DNA of 62,947 nt, the filler included, from Collodictyon triciliatum (taxonomy: Eukaryota): assembly GCA_043381765.1 (NCBI GenBank). It is 10 parts of 10 records of this genome, joined end to end, with 100 filler letters (N's around TTAATTAATTAA, not from the genome) between each part and the next. Parts side by side here need not be neighbours in the genome. Positions count along the whole stretch, not along the records: positions 6,515 to 12,926 come from JBHJMP010004476.1; positions 13,027 to 19,435 come from JBHJMP010004477.1; positions 19,536 to 25,944 come from JBHJMP010004478.1; 7 more parts are not named here. One strand, written 5' to 3'. The notes under the pieces were generated by a model. It worked only from the letters and a program-made list of their open reading frames with translations, was not told the DNA's origin and did no database searches. Numbering within the stretch: the first letter of the stretch is position 1; every line of letters starts with the position of its first letter. Position numbers and translations under genes: made by a program. This document shows positions 12,395 to 25,285 of this stretch, in pieces.

Positions 12395-13512
12395 AAACGA
12401 AACGAAACGAATCAAAAACTCGCCCAAAACCCACACCCATCATTTTATGGCCTTTTTTTTTTTTTTAAAAAAAAAAATACAAAATCAAGTAACTGGTCTG
12501 TGGCTAAAGTGCGCGAAGAGAAGTGAAGGAATTCTTTCATTTTTTTGGTTTCTTTTCAACAGTTATTTGAGAGGAAACAAAGCCGAAGGGAATTCTTTCA
12601 TAAAAGAATTAAGAGAATAAAATGAAATAAAGGACATAAAATCAACTGATATTCCTGGTTCAATTCGGAATACACTTAATTCTTTGAGTTTATTCTGATC
12701 ACTTCTCAATTTAACAGCAGAGAAACGGTAGTTATATACTCAAACTAAGCGATTAGCTTGAAAGACAAAGAAATACGAAAAAAAGAAAATGAAAAAAATG
12801 AAAGAAGAAAATGAAAAAAGAAAACGAAAGAAAGAAAAAGAAAGAAAAAGAAAGAAAAAGAAAGAAAAAGAAAGAAAAAGAAAGAAAAAGAAAGAAAAAG
12901 AAAGAAAAAGAAAGAAAAAGAAAGAANNNNNNNNNNNNNNNNNNNNNNNNNNNNNNNNNNNNNNNNNNNNTTAATTAATTAANNNNNNNNNNNNNNNNNN
13001 NNNNNNNNNNNNNNNNNNNNNNNNNNCAAAAAAACAAAAAAACAAAAAAACAAAAAAACAAAAAAACAAAAAAACAAAAAAACAAAAAAACAAAAAAACA
13101 AAAAAAAAAAAAAACAAAAAAACAAAAAAACAAAAAAACAAAAAAAAACAAAAAAACAAAAAAACAAAAAAACAAACAACAAACAACAAACAACAAACAA
13201 CAAACACCAACAAACAACAAACAACAAACACCAACAAACACCAAAAAACAAAAAAAAAAAAAAACAAGAAAAAAAACGTTGGCTCAAAACCTGCTGGGGC
13301 ATTTTTTGTCTGGCTCCTTCACCCGCACATAAAAAGAAACAGCCAGTTGTTGGTGCGGCGCAACATAATTTGGGTATTCAGTCAGTTTTACCAGGATTGT
13401 ATATTTTTTCCCCCTTATTCGATTCAAAGTGACTGGGCTTGTGTATTCTTCTATTATGGTGCCAATATGAATAGCTTCAACTCAACGATTGTCTACTCGC
13501 GTCGAACTAGGA

Positions 13513-16179
13513 ATGACCTCCTCCTTATCGCTGAACGCGGCAGACTTTACTGCACCAACAAGGTATCTCTACTCCCCATTGTCACTGGATCAATCACTCG
13601 CGTCGCTCAAGGACGAAAGTGTCCCAACTGTGGGGTTGAGGAATATTGGGAATACTTGCTTTCTAAATGCTGTTCTTCAGTGCCTAGTGAGTTTTATTTT
13701 CCCTTGCTGCAGCTGTTGTTAAGCGCTCTACATTGTCCATCATTATTTTATTTTATTTTATTTTATTTTATTTCATTTGACACGAGAACTTCATATGTCA
13801 TGGTCAAGACAATTTGAATCATAATTATTCCGGCACAGTCAGCATCCCCTCATCTGCTGGCGATGTTTCTGGACAATCACGGGCATACTGCATGCACCTT
13901 TCCAGCGGGTTCATTCTGTTGTTTTTGTGCTTTGAGGTCGTTTATACGCAAGAAACTAAGAGTCACACAGTCTTTTGCTCCCTCCGAAATCGTTATCGGC
14001 CTTAAGAGTACTTTTATTATTTTATTTTATTTTTATTTATTTTTTCTTTTGTTGCCTAGCTCAGGATAATTTATTTATGTATCAGATAGAGCTGAATGAT
14101 TGATTTCTCCAAAAAAAAATTAATTGATATAATTTTTCAAAAATTTATCCAACGATTTTTCAATGTTTCAATCAACAGGAGATTCAAACAATCTTTTATT
14201 TTTTTTATTAGAACGTCTGTTTATCTGACACTTAAACTATAGGCATATGCAAGGCCTTTGTTCTGGGGAGGCAGGAAGACGCCCACGAATTCTTGATATA
14301 TTTGTTGGACTCTGCTGTCACGTCATATATGGGCACTATTTCAAAGTAATAATACCTCATAATCAAATATTGTTGTTTGCAATCAGAAATCGGTCATTTT
14401 TTCACAATACCAGACTTCAACCACGTCGTTATTAATTATGCGTGTATAGCTAAATTTTGATATTTTTTTTTTAGAACTACAACGAACCGATTACAAGAAA
14501 CAACTCCCATACACGCAGTTTTTGGAGGATATCTTCAGAGTCAGATTGTGTGCTCGAGATGCCATGCAAGATCAAACACATACGAGTTGGTGACGAATAT
14601 CAGTCTCGAAATTAGCAGTATGTCAAATACACGCATAGTGATGTTAAATTTAAAATTTTCACTCCATAGAGTGCTTGGTTGTCATTGGAACATATGTATA
14701 TGTACGATTTCCATCGCATTTCCATCATAACGTTTGTTCTTGAATGCGTAAAAGATTGCAATAAGCTCTCGGATGCCCTTTCAAGCTTTTTTAAAACAGA
14801 CATACTTGATGGCTCCAATAAATACAAATGTGAAAAGTAATTAAATTTTTAATTTATATTTGGTAGATTATTGACTTTTTTATTTTGTTTTCCTCCCATT
14901 AGCCATTCTTTACAATTATTGAAATAAAACAGAATTGTATGAAGAAAAGAAAAGAAAAGAAAAGAAAAGAAAAGAAAAGAAAAGAAAAGAAAAGAAAAGA
15001 AAAGAAAAGAAAAGAAAAGAAAAGAAAAGAAGACCGCAGACACAATGCTCTAATTCACTGACTTGATGTCCCCCATATACATCCAAGGTGCCTTGCCTAC
15101 GTCAGAGCCACAAAAAAATTCCTATTCCTAACCCAACCCAGAACTTTAATCATCCATCTGAAGAGATTTAGTGCTGCCGGATATCTATACAATTTTTACT
15201 CTGGTACCAAAGTATCACACCATGTGAGTTTTGACCAAAATCTCAACCTATCTCCATGTGTGAGCGCTGACAAGGTAATTCCATATCTTAAGTTGATTTA
15301 AATATGCAAGTATTTGTATAACAAAGCAACACTGTCTCCAGTTTTTTTTATATCAATTGAATTAAAAAAAACCTCCGTCACTGCTGCATCGCATATATAC
15401 ACATACATCCATTCAATGCAAATAAGAATATGAGAACAACTACAATTACTTTGGAGCATATTTTCACAAATGGAAATATTAACGCATTCGTAAACAACTA
15501 GGTCAATCTCATTAAACCTCAAAGTGCCACGTACTCTCTTCGAAGTATTATTGTCCATAAAGGAAATTCTGTATCGAATGGGCATTACATTTCATATGTT
15601 CGCTCCAGGAGAATGGACTGGTACATGGTGGACGACGAATCCGTGAGTTTATCGATACTTTGGTTCCTAAGAAAATGAACTAGCCATGATTTTGAATCGA
15701 AGAGGCTAATCCTTCACCTATGTAACATAATATGGTGCCCCAGGTGTCTCCAGTTACCTTCGACTATGTCAAAACGCAGCAGGCATACATCCTTTTATAC
15801 TCGCTCAACCCACAGGCTGCTGTCCGCAATCCAAGTCCCATCCAATCAGCTTCTTTCCACCAGTATCAAAGACCTTCTCTTCAAACACCACTTCATCCAC
15901 TCGGTACTAGAGATGTACAGCCTAGCCTCTCGGCATCGCTTAATCAGAACTCTGCCAATTGTCGTCCCACAAACACATCAACAGCCACCTCAACTTCGCC
16001 CCGATCCTCTGTGACATTGCAAACGCAAACGCAAACGCAAACGCAAACGCAAACGCAAACGCAAACGCAAACGCAAACGCAAACACAAACACAAACACAA
16101 ACACAAACACAAACGATAGTGCAGCAGCCTGTCCCACTAACGCAGAAAATCGTCTTTCGAATTCCCATGAGGCATGTTC

Positions 16180-16259
<80 letters not shown>

Positions 16260-16841
16260 CCAAAAGCGGCTTCTGTCAGCTCACCACAAAATCAAAAATC
16301 TGTGCCCAGCATCTGCTCATCCGTAACAAATCACGCTGCTCAATCAAACGCCTCATCACCAGCCATGTCTGATATTCCATTGAATTCACCAACCCATCTG
16401 CATAACCATTCATCTGCCGCCGTAAAGAAGGATGAAAAGCTTTTCTCACTGGTACCGTATGATAGCGATAGCGAAGAAAGCAAAGAAGAAGACCAGAAGG
16501 CAGAGACAGATGGAATGGATACTGCCGGACAAAAAAAAGTATGCAGCTCACCAACAAGCTGTTCTCTAAAAGCCCATGTTAACTTTGAGCCGAAATCAAC
16601 GAGGAAACTCGAAGCACAAGTGGCTGACATGCCTGGGGTGTGTGATGCAACGGACGAATCTTCGATGGGGAAAGATGTGCCATTTGTCCGAACAGATCGA
16701 TTTCATAAGCGAAAGAGATTAGTAAGTAACATTTTGACACGAAACAATATTTCCCATGATAATGATAATGTGAATAAGAATACGACAACGCCGGGCGAAG
16801 TTGGATATTGCTCTTTATCTATATTGAAGGAAAAAAAGTAA
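13513..16841 (+). CDS. Ubiquitin-specific protease, USP36/USP42/USP17-like, with TQ and polyQ low-complexity tail; 3' exons uncertain (may extend to about 17342)
   Basis: Cys box GLRNIGNTCFLNAVLQCL; RQEDAHEFL; VFGGYLQSQIVC; LDGSNKYKCEKC; IIHLKRF; His box VHKGNSVSNGHYISY; WYMVDDESV; QQAYILLY. Confidence 0.9.
16019..16260 (+). repeat. Coding microsatellites (CAAACG/CAAACA)n and (CAA)n encoding TQ repeats and polyQ in the USP tail
   Basis: In frame within ORF 15732-16841. Confidence 0.9.
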
Positions 16842-17397
16842 TAATTGCTTTATTATGTGTTATGAAAAAAATGCATTCTCTTTTATTTGTAATTACTGTA
16901 AACTTAATACATATATGTGTATTTGTTGGATATGCAGTGCGCTACTAATTGGGACTCTCTGGAAAAAGAGGAGCACGAGATGTACGCAATGCGATAATAA
17001 TTTTTTTTATTTATATGATATTTTGCTTGATTACTTTATATATAACAAATGGAATGACAGAATTAGATGAAAGGTTGCGTGAAGCTTTTTTTCTTTTGCT
17101 TTGTTTTATTTTTCCAATGTTGGGGCCATCACTTTCATTCTTTTTCCGGTCTTAGAATTCGCAAAAGGACGAGAGACATTCTGGTGCAATCCGATTGGTT
17201 CAAAGCGCTTCGGAAACAACTCATGTGTATTCATCTACTTAAACTTTACATATACATACATAATAATTTCTGCAAAAAAAAAAAAAAAATGTCGACTTGG
17301 CGCTTCATTCGCAGAATATGCAGCACTTTGTTTCGCGTTTAACGTGGTGATTATGTGCCGCTGGCACGCACACAACAAACAACAAACAAATAATAAA

Positions 17398-17847
17398 ATG
17401 TCGTCAACACTCACTGCAGATGCGGCCGATAACACCCAAGAGACGAAAGCTGACACCTCGACCCAGCCATCTGCAAGCGAAGGTTATTGTTGACATCACA
17501 TTAACAAAGGAACTTTGCATGAACGCGACAGCCAGCGAGCTTTCTTTTCCACATACACACATACACACACACGCACGATTGTTTTCCCTTTATATTGAAA
17601 CATCTCTTATCTTTCTGAATGTGTCAAACTCCTATTGAAATTCTGTCTTACTTTCGTTTCGTTTCGTTTTGTTTCGTATCTGCCTTCTATCAATAATCCT
17701 ATACCTCTAAAACAAAATAAAATGGCAGTAAAAATGATAAAATTAACAAATAAATCTATGTCAACCATAGAATGCCTCGGAAAACATGCGTATAAAGAGC
17801 TCTACGAACTCGCCACGAAATACGTCTGCCGCAAAGGGCGCTTCTGA
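17398..17847 (+). CDS. Putative two-exon 53-aa small protein of unknown function
   Basis: A-rich start context (AATAAAATG). Intron 17483-17770 (GT...TAG) joins in frame to give MSSTLTADAADNTQETKADTSTQPSASEECLGKHAYKELYELATKYVCRKGRF. Exons are GC-richer than the flanks. Confidence 0.45.
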
Positions 17848-18409
17848 GTGAGCATCGAGAGCGTGGACATCTTGACCTTCTGTGCCATACTGTGCTTCTA
17901 GAAAGACACGCCCATTGAACTTGCCATTCCATTCCATTCCCTTCCCTTTTCCTTTCCCTTTTGCACCATTTACCATATAAAAACAACAAAAACAACAAAA
18001 ACAACGAAAACATCAAAAACAACAAAAACATCAAAAACAACAAAAACAACAAAAACAAATGAAAGTGCCAAGGTAATTGTAATTATTGCTGTTCAATATC
18101 TGTCAGGCCAATTGAGTTGAGCAATCAAGAAACTAGGATGGACACAACCCGAATACGACAAAGAGCCACAGATGCAGGCGTGAGTGTATGATTGCAATCG
18201 AAATTGTAGTTGTCTGTCTGTCTGTGTAAGTGAGTAAGTAAGTGAGTAAGCGAGTGTCAGCTTGTGCTTGGCCACCTGACAAGATGCAAGAAGCAAACAA
18301 AGAAAGCACTAAAAAAAAAACAAAAAAAACAAAAAAAAACAAAAAAAACAAAAACAGGAGCAGCAAAAAGCGAGAGGGGAAAGAGGGGGAAAGGGGAAGC
18401 AGGACGCCT

Positions 18410-19168
18410 TCATTCAGCCAGAGCGGCACGCAGCTCAGCCAGGGTGGGGCGCTCCTCGGGAGTCTTGCTGAGGACCGGGGTGAGGAGGTCCCTGAGGGCC
18501 TGGTCGGGGACGAGCTTGAGATCAAAGCGGGCGACCTTTGGGATCCTGTTTGTGGCGATCATCCAGAGGACGAGGCCGATGGAGTAGACGTCGCTCTTCT
18601 CCTTCTGGTAGCCGCCCTTCTTGAACTCGGGCGGGGCAATGACGATGTCTGCGCCTTTTGTGGACTTGCCCCTGCGCTGGAGGCTGTCGCGCAGGACAAG
18701 CAGGGCGTAGTCGCAGAGGGCCACGTTGCCGTCGCGCATGAGGATGATGTTGTCGGGCTTGACGTTGTAGTTGAAGAGGCTGTGCGTGTGCAGGAACGCG
18801 ACGGCCTCGCACATCTGGACGCCGAAGCGGCGGATGTCTGCGGGCGGGAAGGCGGTGGTGGGGATCAGCTCGGCAAAGACGCGGCCCTCCACGTAGCCGC
18901 GGATCACGTGCAGGCTCCCCGTGTTCATGAACGCCCCCACGTACGGTACCAGGCCCGCGTGCGCAGGCAGCTCCACCAGCCGCCCCACCTCGTGCATGAT
19001 CGGCCCCACGTCCTCCTCCTTGTGCAGCAGCGACTTGTGGTACTCCTTGATCGCAACCTCCCGCCCGCTCCCCTTCACCACCGCCTTGAGGATCCGGTAG
19101 TCCTCCGCCGACTGCACCACGATCCCGAGGTCCACGTCCTCGTCCTGCAGGTTCACGTACGTGCTCAT
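18410..19168 (-). CDS. Protein kinase-fold pseudokinase, intronless, GC-rich
   Basis: VAIK, helix-C Glu, KPDNI, PPE and SDVYSIG are retained. HRD is NYN, DFG is DYA and there is no Gly-rich loop. First ATG at 19168. Confidence 0.85.
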   Translation of the reverse strand: MSTYVNLQDEDVDLGIVVQSAEDYRILKAVVKGSGREVAIKEYHKSLLHKEEDVGPIMHEVGRLVELPAHAGLVPYVGAFMNTGSLHVIRGYVEGRVFAELIPTTAFPPADIRRFGVQMCEAVAFLHTHSLFNYNVKPDNIILMRDGNVALCDYALLVLRDSLQRRGKSTKGADIVIAPPEFKKGGYQKEKSDVYSIGLVLWMIATNRIPKVARFDLKLVPDQALRDLLTPVLSKTPEERPTLAELRAALAE

Positions 19169-19535
19169 CGCCCTGCGCTCTGGGCTTTCCACCTCGGCTT
19201 TGGGCAGGTTCTGCGGTTCTTGAGTGAGTAGCCCTCTTGTTCTTGTTTTTGTTTTTTTGTTTTTTTGTTTTTTATTTTTTGTTTTTTATTTTTTGTTTTT
19301 GTTTTTGACAGCCGCCTGGCGGATTCCGAGTTTGTGGACGCCAAGGGCACACTATTTTTTTTTTTTTTTTTTTTTGGGGGGGAAGGTTTTTAAAACGGGG
19401 GGGGGGGTTGGGTTTTTTGTTTTTTTTTTGTTTTTNNNNNNNNNNNNNNNNNNNNNNNNNNNNNNNNNNNNNNNNNNNNTTAATTAATTAANNNNNNNNN
19501 NNNNNNNNNNNNNNNNNNNNNNNNNNNNNNNNNNN

Positions 19536-19628
<93 letters not shown>

Positions 19629-19733
19629 GTAAAAAGGAAGCGCATGTCAATTTAATATTGCCTTATCTTTATGTGGTGCATTTTTCAGAAGTTCGACTGC
19701 AATATTATTAAGTTTTGATCATATCTCCCACAG

Positions 19734-22700
19734 CTCTCCCAGTTGCCACTTGATATGTCCGTATTGAGCATGATGAAAACGGTTAATATATCGAAAAACC
19801 TGGTATGTAAATCCTCACACGTGAACGATTCACGATATTATTCTAGTTGATATTGCCTATCTTTCGAGTTAATTCATGATTGCATCTATTAAAGAAATGC
19901 ATGTCATCTCGTTAATAATCTACTTTTTAAAAATAAATAAATATAAACTCAGTTCGTGAAGCTTCCAGACTGCATTCAATACTATTCCAGCCTCGTAGAA
20001 CTTGTCATTTGGGGAAACCCCGTAATTTTATTTTGAATTCATACACGAGCATACCTGCTCATAACGAAGTAACCCACACTCAAAAATAATTATTTTTTTT
20101 TTTATTGAAATACACCAGATGAGCGAGCTCTCAGTATGGATAACTACACTACATTATCTAAAAAACCTTGAAATCGAAAGAGGAGGGGAAATATGTATAA
20201 ATAAGGCCCCGGCCGGCATTACTGCTCTCCCTTGTTGGAAAAATGATCAAATTTGGCACGGAATGACTATGAGTTACTCCAAGGCTCTTCAATCACTTGT
20301 ATTAGAGGAGCCATCATATCCGTGCAACGAGGTTATCATGGACAACAGTCATATAACCCCTACTCGAAGGGCATTACACATCTATCCGCCATCGGCTCAT
20401 TCATCACAATTAGTATATGTATGTCTCTCCAAAATGAGCTATTTCTTTTCTTTTTTTTTTTAAAAAAAAACCTTTTATTCAAGTCAAGGAATAAGGAATT
20501 CGTAATACCTCTGAAAGAATTTTAAGCTCCAATTACTACTTGACTTTCTCATTACTTTCTCATGCCAATTTATGTGCTAAACACTTACTGCATTTTAGTT
20601 GCCAAATGTTGTTGTGGAATCACCAGTATCTATGTCGCCATCGAGTAGTTACACGACCTCACCAGATGTATATTACTATATATTGTAAAAAATAAAAAAA
20701 AGAGGAAAGAAATGTCGATTTTGTTTCAATATTCATCCTATTCAAATATTATACAGAACCGTCTTCATGATTTAATGAGCATACCTGAGAAGAAGGCCTC
20801 TCTGAGATACCAATATGTAATCGCATTTATATGATTCTTTCTTTTTTCTTTTTAGCAAATAAAATATAGTCATTATATATCACCATACCTCAGATACGTC
20901 ACGTAATTTTTTTTTCCTTTATTCGATTCAAAGAGATACGTCACGTAATTGAATAGCTAATATTACCCACTAAGGTATGCGATATTCCACCGTGGATTTT
21001 TGATATGCAAGGGCTTACTTATTTGTGCCTGTCTAGTAATAAGGTTCACAGTGCATTTTTTCGGAGCAATACTTTTTTTCCCTCAACAATTACTGAGTTG
21101 TTAGTTTAATGTATTTATAAGTATTTATTTTAATGTTTTATTATAGATATCCATGATTCCAGATTCTATCACAAAATTACAGGCCCTTGAGATTTTAGAT
21201 CTGTCTGTAAACAACGTATTATTCAATCTAAACATCGAGATAATATTGAAATCCCCATCAATTTTTCCAACTATAAAAAAATGATTCATCACGACATTAG
21301 TTAACGCAACTTGTATCCTATCTCTCTAATATTTCGTCGCTTCGGAGTCTTGATTTAAGTCAGAATAAGGTTCATATATTTTTTTCTTCATCTCCATCAT
21401 CACAGTTTTCCAGGGAAAAAGACGTATAAACGATAATTTATTTTTTTTAACAATATTTATATAATTATTAAAAATTTCAACAACAAAAAAGATTTCTGAA
21501 TACCCGACCTGGATAAATCAAATGACGAATATGACATCATTAAACATATCCAACAATATGGTGAGAGCATGTAAATTAGATTGAGTTACCTTATTTTTTC
21601 CGTTGCTATTCGTTTTTGTATATCTGATTATGTCGCTCCTAATTTACACATTTATCTCACAATTGACTCTATCAATCGGCGTTATTTCTTTTCATAGATA
21701 TCAGAATTACCTGATATTAGTCTGAAAACCGGTCATGTACAACATCTAGATTTATCATACAACCAGGTCTTAATCTCTAACCTCAATATAGTAATAAAAT
21801 ACTTTCATCATACAACGTTATTCACTGGCTAGTTTTCATCGTTTTATGTTTTCGCTTTTTTTTTTTAAAAAAAAATATCATGATTATTCATAGATTACCA
21901 ATATCCCAAAGCCCTTATTGTCGTGGGGGAGAAACAAAACATTTTTTATTCAAGGAAATCGACTAAATGATGTACCAAAGAAGATAACCTATGGAAACTC
22001 CCAGCATCTAATCAACTACATGATCGAATCTTCAAAAGGCACTCAAAATTTGGCGCGTGGACAAGTAATCTTGCTGGGAGAGGCTGAATCAGGGAAAACT
22101 ACATTGCTGAAGACAATATCTCAAAAGTCCTTCTTTTTTAACAGCACGATTGACGAGCGCCAGGAACGAACTGAAGGTATTGCCAGAATTGATGTGGATG
22201 ACTTTAATGGCGGAACCTTCAGACGCGGGATCGATGCCAGCTTCTGGGAATTCGGTGGTCAGGAAGAATCTCAAGCTACCTATCCATTATTTCTTGCCCC
22301 AGGAGCTCTTTTCTTGATATTGTATCGATTAGACCAAGGAAAAGAAAGAAACAAGCTGAGGCATTGGGTAACTTTGGTAAACAGATATGCCCCAGGGTCG
22401 GTTCTGTTCTTCGTCGGGACACATAATGATGTAAATATTCCTGAATGTTCAGAGGATATGCTCGCAGAAATAGAGCAAATCAAACTTGAATCGAGCCAAC
22501 ATTTAATCATGAAATCGTCTATACATGTTGATTGCAAGAATGGAATTGGTGTAAAGGAATTAAAAGAGGTAATACATCAAGAGCTGGTGTCCACTGAACT
22601 GTCCATTGTGGCACCAATGTCTTATTCACCACTAAAGGACTATCTGTCTCAAAGGAGTAAAGATGTCATATATTTGAAGACAAGCGATATTTTAAATTAT

Positions 22701-25285
22701 GCGGATGAACGGCTAAAGTACAATCAATTACAATCGGAGTCTGTCTTAAGTTTTTTACACACCAATAAATTCCTTACATGGTACTCATCACATGAATCTC
22801 TCAAGGACATCGTCTTCTTGAATTCGATATTCTTGATGAACGCATTACGCCTGATTTTCAACTTAAGAGGACTAGGCAAGAGTTCCAACGGTTATGTACT
22901 TCTTTCTGAATTGCGGAAAAGTATATTCCAAGGATTTGAAACCCAATTGGATAGTACGGCTTTTGTCTATATAATGGACGTCTTTTATACCTTCGGGCTG
23001 GGTATTAAGTTTAACAAGGAATGTGTAGCATTCCCATCTATGATGGAAACAAGCAGCAATTTAAAGCTCATATGGAACAATATACCAGAATCAGATTGTG
23101 AGTCGGAACTATCAGTTGATTTCGTGTGTGATGGAGAACTGCAGCCACCTGACCAGAGCCATATCATCTCACAAGCATTCCACTTATCCAAGGAATTTTC
23201 ATCGCACTCCCCTCATGAGAATATATTCTTTAAGAATCTTGCTTTGATCCATTTATCGAATATCCCATTAAGTTTTACGGGCACTAGCAAACAGGAAATA
23301 CCACTGGACCTATCGAATAGATGTACAAAGGTTTATGACATTGAGGTATTGATTCAACTATTCTCAAGCAAAACTAGGGTCGTAATCAGAGATTATCCTT
23401 CAGGCGCCTCGGAACCAAAGTTAAACAAATTTCAGCTTCTTGACTACATCAAAAACAGAATATCATCTTATAGAGCTGGTATTGTCCAACAATGCATATT
23501 TGACTGCTATAAATGCCAGGATGAAAATGTAAGCGGGGTCACTATAAATTTGTCAAATTTTGACCAGTTATCAGCTATCAGATGTTCATATGGACATGTG
23601 CTTGATGTAAGGACTTTGAAGAAAGAAGGGGCTTACTCAAAAGGTAAGCTTCTTAAAGTCAAAATATAATGTCCACAATGACTAAATACTTCAAAACAGT
23701 TGAACCAAACGAACTGATGCAGACGGTTTCTGGAAGCTCTAAATTACTGGTAGTCTAACATACTGATTTTAAACATAAAATGCATATTCAACACAGCGTC
23801 CAATTCAAATATATTGCAATTAACTTAATTCTTCTTTCATTTTTTTTTGTCATAGATATCGCCAGCACTTGATTCAGAGGGTTTTTTTTTAAAATCATTT
23901 CCTTTTTTTCTTTCTTTCATATTCTACATTTGATTTACAAGACCATATATGGCCTGTATTACCTACTTAAACTTTCATAAGGATACCTTCCAGTGTCATA
24001 TTTAAAAACATATTAATGAAGATTATCGCACCCTCTTTTCGATTTACTTTAAAATGAAGGCGTTTATGGCCTTATTCTATAATTTCAATTAGACGCCAAC
24101 TATGGGTTGATTGACCACGAATTGAAAGATATCTGGGCCAAACAAGAAGCTGAACTCACGGATTACATCTCGCAAGGAATTTACGGGAGAGTATACCGCG
24201 CAAAATCATACGACGGCAATGAAGCTGTTGTTAAAATTCGGACTATACAACCGATTAGAAATCACACGAGTCACGACATTATGAAATCGCTAATATTAGA
24301 GTGCCAATATATGAATGAATGTCGTGAGTGTCAAAACACAGTCGAGCTTTATTGTGTTTACCGAAAAGATAACGAACTTTATATGGTGCTCGAATATGCT
24401 GGGCTGTCCTTAAAGAAATTAATGGAGAATGGCAAGGAAAGAAAACTGAAACTAATGCACATAGTTCAATATTCTAAGCATATTTGCCAAGGACTTTTGT
24501 TTATGCAATCCAAAAATTTATATCATGAAGACCTAAAAGCAGACAACATCGTGATATCAAACGGGGTAGCAAAGATATGCAACTTTAGGCATGTCACTCG
24601 AAGGGATACTCGACAGGATTGTGGCAATCTGCTGGCCAGGCAAGAAGATTGGGAGGCATATGGGGCACTAAATTGGCAAGCACCAGAGATTCACAATGTC
24701 GTTTGCAAGCTAGCCATAACCAAAACCAAGACAGCAGAAAATGGTGGTGGTTCTGAAGAACCAAGTGTTGGCCATAAAGGTGAGCTAAGCACTGTTTATG
24801 CTCTCGGAGTTGTTGTCTGGTATATGTTTTCTGGTGTGGAACCGTTCCTCGGAGAGCGACAGCCGCAGAAATTCACTTTCCTTGGTACGAGGCCAGATAT
24901 CCCTGCGGAAACCCCTAGGATGATAGAAAAAATGATAAGGTGCTGTTGGAAGCAAAACTATCAACTTCGGCCGGGATTGGAGAAAATCTTTAACTACTTA
25001 CAAACCATTATTGTTCAAAATCTGGCAGTTGAGGAGTCTAAGTTGCAACAGTTCTTTCCTTCGAGCTACGCGAGCCTTGGCGACATGCATCTCGGGGAAT
25101 TCATAGAGTTTCTTCGCGACCATGGGTGTCATCACACAATTGAAGCGTTGAAGGATGAGTCTCCATCGTCCATGCCTGAGATATTGGAAGGTTTTAGCAG
25201 AGGCTCTCTCCCTGAATTTTTCAACATCCCTCAGAAAGAAGCCGTGCTTCTTACCCAATTAGCGAAGGGAAAGAGTTCTGCTTGA
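19734..25285 (+). CDS. Roco protein: LRR - Roc GTPase - COR - degenerate kinase - SAM-like tail; 5' end probably outside the contig
   Basis: LRR exons, then Roc motifs GEAESGKTT, RTEGI, WEFGGQE, VGTHND, and COR-like FLHTNKFLTWY...VFLNSIFL. Linker exons 23699-23749 and 23856-23880 join in frame to the kinase exon (SQGIYGRVY, VVK, HEDLKADN, WQAPE). Confidence 0.88.
20909..20933 (-). mobile_element. Ultra-short retroposed insertion CTTTGAATCGAATAAAGG-polyA in a Roco intron
   Basis: Flanked by the exact 17-bp direct repeat AGATACGTCACGTAATT at 20892-20908 and 20934-20950. Confidence 0.8.

Noticed and set aside
18242-19231. 329-aa plus-strand ORF
   Set aside because: Antisense shadow of the GC3-rich pseudokinase; no motifs of its own.
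6765-25285. An immune gene cluster of WD40 receptor, USP and Roco
   Set aside because: The genes are on different contigs joined by artificial linkers.
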